From Schizochytrium sp. TIO01 (lineage: Eukaryota; Protista; Bigyra: Labyrinthulomycetes), in contig SMSO01000031.1 of assembly GCA_004764695.1 (NCBI GenBank), positions 906,436 through 970,435 on the forward strand: a stretch of DNA of 64,000 bases. The letters run 5' to 3'. Under the pieces are notes generated by a model. That model saw only the letters and a list, made by a program, of their open reading frames with translations. It was not told the DNA's origin and did not search any database. Shown piece after piece: positions 56,852 through 64,000 of this stretch. Position 1 is the first letter of the stretch. Each line of letters begins with the position of its first letter. The position numbers were made by a program, and so were the translations under genes.

Positions 56852-57797
56852 TTAGGCATCGGCAGCACTGTTATGTTGAATCTGACGGAAAATGTCACCC
56901 TCGGAGCGATATAGTTGTTGCCTTTTCACCTCAAAGTTTGATCCTTCCTCGGTATCTTGGGTTGAAAGACCAGAAGCCCCATTGGTGGCTCCTGCTTTCT
57001 CTGAGGCAAGCTCTCTCTCCTGTTGCGCTTTGACAATACCCAATTTGTCACGAAGCTCATCAATATCAACGAAGTCAGGCGGTTTGGTCTTATCTGTCAC
57101 AGTCCCAATAAGGTTGTGATTTTTGGCCAGGTGCTCGTCATAGACCAGAAACGGCGTATCCGGTTGATCAATCTTCATGCGGGCATACATGACACCCCGT
57201 TCTGCATAGTGCCGAGCAAGCTCATCTTCTTTCCATGAAACCCGGGGCACCTCGTTTTCGTTACTGCCCTGATCTGGAGCTTGAGGTGGTCGATGCGGAG
57301 TCGGTCCTTTGCTATCAAGAATAAGACGCTCGCGAAGGCCGACGACAGCCCGAGCTAGAAGAATACTGTGGGGAACACGAAGCGCACCTGCCTCATAAAC
57401 AGCGAGGACGTCTTCATCGGAAGATCCCAACTTATCCATAGCCAAGGCTTTGCGAACGTATCCCCTCTCCCAAGTTGGCGCAATACGAATGACTTCGTCC
57501 GCATCCTCAATAGCTTTTTCAAACTTGTGCAGGCGATAGTAACTTAAAAAAGAAAAACAGGCATCGTCAAATCATTTGGAATGGTGGATATGCACGTTAG
57601 CAAGTTCGATCGTGTCATAAGATTGGTCAATTCATATAGATCGCAACTTACGCTAAAGACCGATTAGAGTGTAATTTTTCATCGTCCGGTGTGTCTGAGA
57701 GGGCCCTCGTATAAATCTCAATCGCCGCCTCGAAGTCCTCCTTTGCCAGCGCATCGTTGCCGGCTTCCTTGGTTGCTGGCGTAGCTGCGTCAGACAT
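56852..57797 (-). CDS. TPR domain / protein phosphatase inhibitor-2 (IPP-2)-like fusion, two exons (57797-57652, 57542-56852; about 278 aa)
   Basis: Intron GC|GTAAGT...TTTTAAG|T (57651-57543, 109 nt) gives KEAGNDAL...HSNRSLAYYRLHKFEKAIEDA...GYVRKA (three TPRs), followed by RVSW, RMKIDQPDTPF and FEVKRQQLY. Confidence 0.85.
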
Positions 57798-58995
57798 GGC
57801 GCGATAGGATAAGATTAGAATAGTTTGCCTGATGGATAGCAGACGTCCTTGGAAAACGAGTTTGAAACAATACGCCGCTCGTAGGGCAGAAGATGAAAGA
57901 TCGCTGCAGTCCAAACAACTTCTCGTCAGGTTCTGTTTGCTATGAGATCAATTGCACGCCTCGCGCAATTCTGGGTTTGTTGCCTTGTTCAACTTGGTGT
58001 CTAGGGAAAAGAAATTCGTTTCGTCATACACTCTCTACCTACCCATCTCTAGAGGTATCTCCTATATCATCGTAATATTAGTTACGGGTAGTAATATAAA
58101 GCTGTTTTACTAAATTGTGGGACTAATTGGCTGCAAAGAGTAAACACAAGAAATGCAGCCAATTAGAGGTCCTACCAAGGTCGCAAACAACAACAGCAGA
58201 ATATTGAATCAAGGATAAATTCTTGCCAATAGATAGGTTGACTTCTTCTAATTATTTGATTTATTAAAAGAGTAGTTGTTATTTGTTATAACAATAGACG
58301 GTGTTGATTCGAAAAAATCCACAGACTAGATAAAGAACATGACTTGGCTCCCGACGAAGCTGCAGAGAATTTGCAACTTTCGACTAATCGTAGCACATGA
58401 CACTCTTCCCATGTTTGAAATCTATCCCGCATCTTTCATATTCGAATTAGATTTCGGTTCTAAAGGAGAATGAAAAATAGCATAGAAACCACAAAGAATA
58501 CACATTTAAAATGGTGAGCCTTGCGATTATTCAATTCTGATGCTATGCGCAGTAAAATAATCATCCTGAACGCGATATTATTACAGTTGAACTACTGTGA
58601 TGTATCTTTCAAGAGGAACAATTTGAAGAGATAACAAAAAATCGGCTAGAAAAGGATTTTATGAGTGAGAATTAAGATGTGGGGTAAAATATCAAAGTAA
58701 TGATGTTTTGGGTTTAATAGTCTCAAAGTTTTTCGGAATACGTAGTTTTCTAAACGCAAAAAGTCTCTGTTGTTTCTTTTTCTGGGGTAGGCGATTTCGA
58801 ATGGTCAACTTTAACAGCGGAGCTCCTCTTTACAGCATTGCGATTGCCGTTGCTACCGTAAGGGAATTTGTGCTGAGATGGGTGGTGTCTTCGCAAACCC
58901 ATGAAAAAAAGGGCCCGAGCCTGGCGAATTGTGGCGACAGCGATACAATGAATTGGTTGAATGACACGGGGAAAATACACAGCATGTTATCCTAA

Positions 58996-60330
58996 TTACT
59001 TGCGGTTGAGGGCAAGATGGGCAGAGATGAGGGCGTTAGAGGACAGAGCAGCGTTGAGCGAGAGCTCACCGGCCATGACGGTTGCCGCGATAATTTGAGA
59101 GAGTTTGCGAGCGTTGCCGCCAGGCTCCTCACGGTTAGCGCCGCCTACGCCAAGGATATCGAGGCACTGACGCTGGGCAGGGAGAGTGGTACCACCACCA
59201 ACAGTACCGCACTCAATGCTAGGCATGGTGACAGACACGTGGAGGTTCTTACCACCGTCGATGGGCTCAAGGAGCACCATGCAGTTGCTGGACTCGACGT
59301 TCTGTGCAGGGTCCTGGCCAGTGGCAAGGAAGATGGCGGTAACAACGTTGGCAGCGTGGGCGTTGTTTCCACCAATGGATCCAGCAAGGGCAGATCCAAC
59401 AAGGTTCTTGGCAATGTTGAGCTGGCAGAGGTCCGAGATGTTGGTCTTGAGCACCTTCTGCACGATCTCCTCGGAGAGCACCACTTCGCAGACAACGGAC
59501 TTACCGCGTCCCTGAGTCCAGTTAAGGGAGCTGGGCTTCTTGTCAGTGCACATGTTGCTTGAGAGCGAAATGAGCTGTGCCGGGGTGTTCTGCACGAGGT
59601 CCTCGACGATGCGGTTCACACCCTTGCCGACCATGTTCATGCCCATAGCATCGCCGGTGGACGCCTCAAAGCGAAGGTAGCAGTACCTTCCAGCGACGGT
59701 CGGGGTCACATTCATGAGCTTTCCAAAGTTGGTAGTAGTTGCGAAGAGGTCCTTGAACTCCTGAAGGGTCTCGGGCTTGGACACCCACTGTGCGAACTCC
59801 ACAGCTTGCACACTTGACTTGAATCCGAGAACCGGAGAGCGGGTCATGCCCTCACGAACGACACGGGCTTGAGCACCACCTGCTTCGCGAATTGCACGGG
59901 CTCCACGGTTAGTGGAAGCCAAGAGAGCACCTTCGGTGGTGGCCATCGGCACATAGTGGGAGTCGCCGTTCACACAGAGGGGACCAACGACACCGACAGG
60001 CAGAGGGAGGAAGCCCACAACGTTCTCGCAGTTGGCGCCCTGAATCTGGTCATAGAATGCAGCGGCATCAAAGTCAGAGCCGAGCACCGGAAGTCCAGCA
60101 GACTCGCCAAGAAGCTTCTTCTTGCGGGTCTGGGCGGCGAGAAGAGCGTCGCCGAGAACAGCCTCGAGCTTGTGGTGCGGGATGTTGTCAATGTCAGTGT
60201 CGCTGGGTCCTCCAGTAGTCTGAGTGGCGGAGGATGCCGAGGAGGACTTGAATCTCCTGGACATGGCAGCGGGGCCCTGCTTGCGGGAGGCGGCCTGAGC
60301 GAGACGGCGGCTGAGCACGGCTTGGCGCAT
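58996..60330 (-). CDS. HMGR: Class I HMG-CoA reductase, soluble (no membrane domain)
   Basis: CENVVG, MATTEGAL, TGDAMGMNM, CTDKK, GQDPAQN, GTVGGGT and the C-terminal catalytic His (SAHLALNR). Confidence 0.97.
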   Translation of the reverse strand: MRQAVLSRRLAQAASRKQGPAAMSRRFKSSSASSATQTTGGPSDTDIDNIPHHKLEAVLGDALLAAQTRKKKLLGESAGLPVLGSDFDAAAFYDQIQGANCENVVGFLPLPVGVVGPLCVNGDSHYVPMATTEGALLASTNRGARAIREAGGAQARVVREGMTRSPVLGFKSSVQAVEFAQWVSKPETLQEFKDLFATTTNFGKLMNVTPTVAGRYCYLRFEASTGDAMGMNMVGKGVNRIVEDLVQNTPAQLISLSSNMCTDKKPSSLNWTQGRGKSVVCEVVLSEEIVQKVLKTNISDLCQLNIAKNLVGSALAGSIGGNNAHAANVVTAIFLATGQDPAQNVESSNCMVLLEPIDGGKNLHVSVTMPSIECGTVGGGTTLPAQRQCLDILGVGGANREEPGGNARKLSQIIAATVMAGELSLNAALSSNALISAHLALNRK

Positions 60331-63300
60331 GTTTGCAGAGACGGTGCTGGCTGGAGGCTTGGGAAGCTACGAAACGAGACCCGAGGTAGTTAGTGCAGGT
60401 CAAGGCTCGCAAGACGCAAGAGCAAGCAGCACCAAAGAGGTGTACGTCGAGGAACACGACCCGAGTTTGGTTTCTGCTCCCGGGCTCTTTTCACAGAGCA
60501 CCCTCTCTAGGTGTATAACATACCTACTACGTATTCATCACTGCATTGTCACTTCTCACCGCATTACATTACATTACATTCAAGTCATTTCATTCCATCT
60601 CTTTAAACTAAACTATTTCTTTTATATAACCTTTCGGCTACTACTACTACTACCACCACTACTCCTTTCGCCTATCCTTTTAACGATGGTCACAATTGTT
60701 CTAGCTACTGTTTTCGCTATCTCCTCATTACCTTCAACCTCTTCTTTCTCTATATTTTATAAAATTAATTTTATAAATCAGTATTTACTCTTATAAGGAC
60801 CGCTATAACCAGAGAGACATATTTCTTTTACTCAGGTTTTAATCAGATACCTCCTAATAATAAACAGTATGTGGCCACTAGCACTTGCATGCACTCCGCC
60901 CTCTGTAGGACCCACATACCCCATGGTAGGACTGCAAATCACAATGAGATTCTTTCATCATGGGCTTGCGTAGCTCAAGCAAGCGCACTTGCCAGGCGAG
61001 CTGGGAGCGCCCAGAAACAAAGCCCAAGCGTGGCCCAGACATGGCCGCCCTCGAGTCCAGCAGCCAGCCAGCTCAGGCAGATCAGGCTCCAGGCAAGCGG
61101 AGCGGCAGCAGCAGCGGCAGCGGCGGCAGCGCAACGTGTGCAAGCAAGGTCACCGCGGAAAGTGCAAGACGCGAGCAAAGTTCCCTGTGTTCCCCGATCG
61201 CGTCATGGTGAAAATTGATCGCGACAACGCCAAAAGCGAGGATATCCTAGGATACCCACGCTCTTGAGACTTACTGGGGCGGCAGGTACGTACCTCGTCC
61301 GATGCGCCATCGTTTCTTTCAAGTTGGCTTTCAGGAGACACGACTTGCTTGCTTGATTGATTGCTTGGTTGATTGATTGAGGGCCTAGGTACGCACGGGC
61401 AAGCCAATGTCAGCGAAGGGCGAGGGAAGAACACCTGAAGGCCAGAGCCATGAGTCGAAGCGCTGAAAGCGAAGAAGGCCCGGGCTTGAGAGGTTTTTTG
61501 GCTTAGGTGCAAGAAATAAATCAATTGGAAATTTTGGGTGCTCTACCTTAGAGGTGGAAGAAGTGTGATGTCGTAGGCATTGCTATTGTATATGGTAGGA
61601 GTACCAAAGTGGGTGTGGGGTGAATGAAAGCTCTAATGGAGTAAGAGAAACGAGCGGTCGGAGTCTTTTCTTGGACATTTATTTGCACATTTGAACTATG
61701 ACATTGTAGAGGCGTTCGAGCTGAGCGACTCTTATATGATGCTGTTTCACTCCCATCTGGTTATAGAGGCCTGATAGAGTAGTACAAGTTGATTTGGACC
61801 CAAACAGTAGTATCCTGGGAAAGAAATGCTCATAAACGTCGAGAAATGGTCATCTCACGCTGTCCTTAAATCTCCTACAAATAGCAACGGCGAGAGTAGG
61901 TGCAAATGAGGATGGTCCCCGTTATGATAGACGTAGGAACATGTGCCGGAAGGGAGAGGCTCTGCCAACGTCAACCTGAGACAGCTTAGTTATTCTCATA
62001 CTCTTGCAGCCGCTTACAAATACGGATCTAGTGTAAGCAACCTATGTTTGGTGAGAGTCATATTTCACATCTAACGAAAGCAAAGATGGCCAAGGTTGTG
62101 AGCAGCATTCAAAGTTAGAAGAGACTCTGACAAGGAAACTCATCTACCGAGAGTGGGCTGAATACCACAGTGACACTCAGGTGTTCACGACATCATCGGA
62201 ACTATAATCAAATCAACAACAATAGCAACTGTGCTCTGCCCGCCAGAGCTGTTAGGCATATACAGCAACCCAGTCCACAGACACATTTTCAACACCTTTA
62301 CTTGCATGCATCATATTAAAATACACATGTATTGGTGTGATGGAACCTGAACTAGTAATAACACGAGTAGATGTAGAATAGAACTTCTCATGCGGGCAGC
62401 GGATAGAATTTTTTTTTCGTCAGGTTCACCAGGCTCTTTGACTTGAGGATTGCACTATAATAAGCCACGGTTCGGGCTGTAATCGCATAAGTATATTTAT
62501 CTAATCACAACCTATAGACTTGCTTCAGCTCGTATGAAATTCTCTACAACGTTTGAAGCGAGCACTGCCACCATATCTGGGCCACCCGCGATATAAACAC
62601 CCCGTGGGCTTTTGCTTGCATTCAACCTTGAAAGGACGGTTTTTAAGCTTACCCTATAGGTCCTCGAAATTGCCGCAGAAAGGACGTTCATATGAGAGGA
62701 TTAGATTTACAGCTGCAAAGGACAACAAATAGAACAAAGTAGAAACGAGATGAATAAGATAAGAAAGCCCAACTGTGTTTAACTGTATCCACATCAAACT
62801 AAAATTACTTAGATGATAACAATGTCCCAGGAGAGCATTCTTTAGAGTTAAAATTCATAGTATTAGCCATATAACTGATTTATTTTTTTAAGCTGAACTT
62901 TATGAGGTCCAGTAAAAAGTAATCAGTCCCTTTATTATTTGTGTGCTGAAAGACATAAATGCATGCTAGCTATTCAAACACATAAATTTGCTATGAAGAG
63001 TTGCCGCTCAAATAATAATTCGCAGTAATAGAAATTTAAACTACATCGCAATATACAAATGACTCATTGACATGGTGTAAGCCAACATTACTATTGAGTG
63101 TTTCATATTTATACACTATTTTGGAGAAAACTCCAAAACAAAAGTAGTGGGTATAGCTTGAGGAGAATGAGGGTGGCAGGTAGATAGATAGATACCGGTT
63201 GTACACAAGTTGAAATCTCATTTTTGAGAATCGCAAGTAGCTCAAATTTGGTCTTCAGGAAAAAGAAAGAAGGCTAATTAGCCATCCACTTCGCACGAGC

Positions 63301-63580
63301 AAGAAGTAGATTAAATATACAGAACAGAACAACACAGTGGAAGACAACTTGGGATATGTGGATAAAAGAGAAGAAAACTTGTAAACAATTTCTAGTGGAA
63401 CTCTGGGAGAACGGTAGTGCATCCACCGCCCTTAAAAGCGAACTAAGAATGAAAAGTCACACGAAGAGGATCAGGCACGAGAGAAAAATATCATTGCGAG
63501 TGAATAAGAAGAGGGATGCACTACCACACCCACCGCAAAAAAAGATATAATCTTCTTCATGCAGCCTAGTAGTGATCTCC

Positions 63581-64000
63581 TTACTCCGCCTTCTGCTCAA
63601 CAACACCTGCCGCGGCTGCTGAGGCAAAGCCCCGGAAGGACTTACCCTTGCGGTAGGTTTTGGCGAAACGGTCGAAAATCGTAAAAAAGTGACCAAAGTT
63701 ATAGTTGAATGCAGCATGGTGCACGTGGTGATCCTCCGGGACGTTCACGTAGAAATATTTGAGAATGTAGTCAAACGGATTTACATACTCTGAATGAATC
63801 AGCATAAAGTGCGAGCTGTACACGGTACCAAAAACAATGTAGTCCCAGTTGCTTACATGAAGAAGCTGAGCGGTGGTGAAAAGAGGAAAAAGGATGAGAG
63901 TGACAGTATCTGCAGTAGATCCATCAAAAGCATTGAACAAGTGAGGGTTCACAAAGCGATGATGCGGCTTGTGTGAAATTTTATAAAAGTCAGGCAGAGC
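63581..64000 (-). CDS. Fatty acid hydroxylase/sterol desaturase superfamily protein (partial, C-terminal part)
   Basis: Frame is open to the window edge. His boxes SHKPHH, LIHSE and DHHVHH, then YNFGHFFTIFDR. Confidence 0.88.
   Translation of the reverse strand, partial: ALPDFYKISHKPHHRFVNPHLFNAFDGSTADTVTLILFPLFTTAQLLHVSNWDYIVFGTVYSSHFMLIHSEYVNPFDYILKYFYVNVPEDHHVHHAAFNYNFGHFFTIFDRFAKTYRKGKSFRGFASAAAAGVVEQKAE

Overview
Eukaryotic nuclear DNA. It is intron-poor, with three GT-AG introns supported (109-226 nt). It carries flagellar genes, and the gene content suggests a flagellated heterotrophic stramenopile such as a thraustochytrid (inference only). From 1 to 40 kb it is gene-dense: tandem ABCC transporters, NDUFB10, CENP-H-like, DUF218, UPF0193, a coiled-coil/C1q-like protein, Med28-like, eIF1A, CFAP99, a large EF-hand protein, an SH3-DH-PH RhoGEF, Tctex-1 and a secreted transglutaminase. 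From 40 to 57 kb it is gene-poor and repeat-rich, with a Crinkler-like REase-kinase relic and a secreted M11-like metalloprotease. From 57 to 64 kb there is a TPR/PP1 inhibitor-2 fusion, a soluble HMG-CoA reductase with a mitochondrial-type presequence and a partial sterol desaturase-family gene. The most notable signal is three unrelated, otherwise intact genes each split by a single +1 frameshift that can be placed at C-AAR-G (recoding or assembly insertion error, unresolved). Other highlights are divergence islands in near-identical ABCC duplicates, the TPR-I2 fusion and a cyanobacterial-looking DUF218 gene. Family assignments are by-eye motif recognition; no searches were run.
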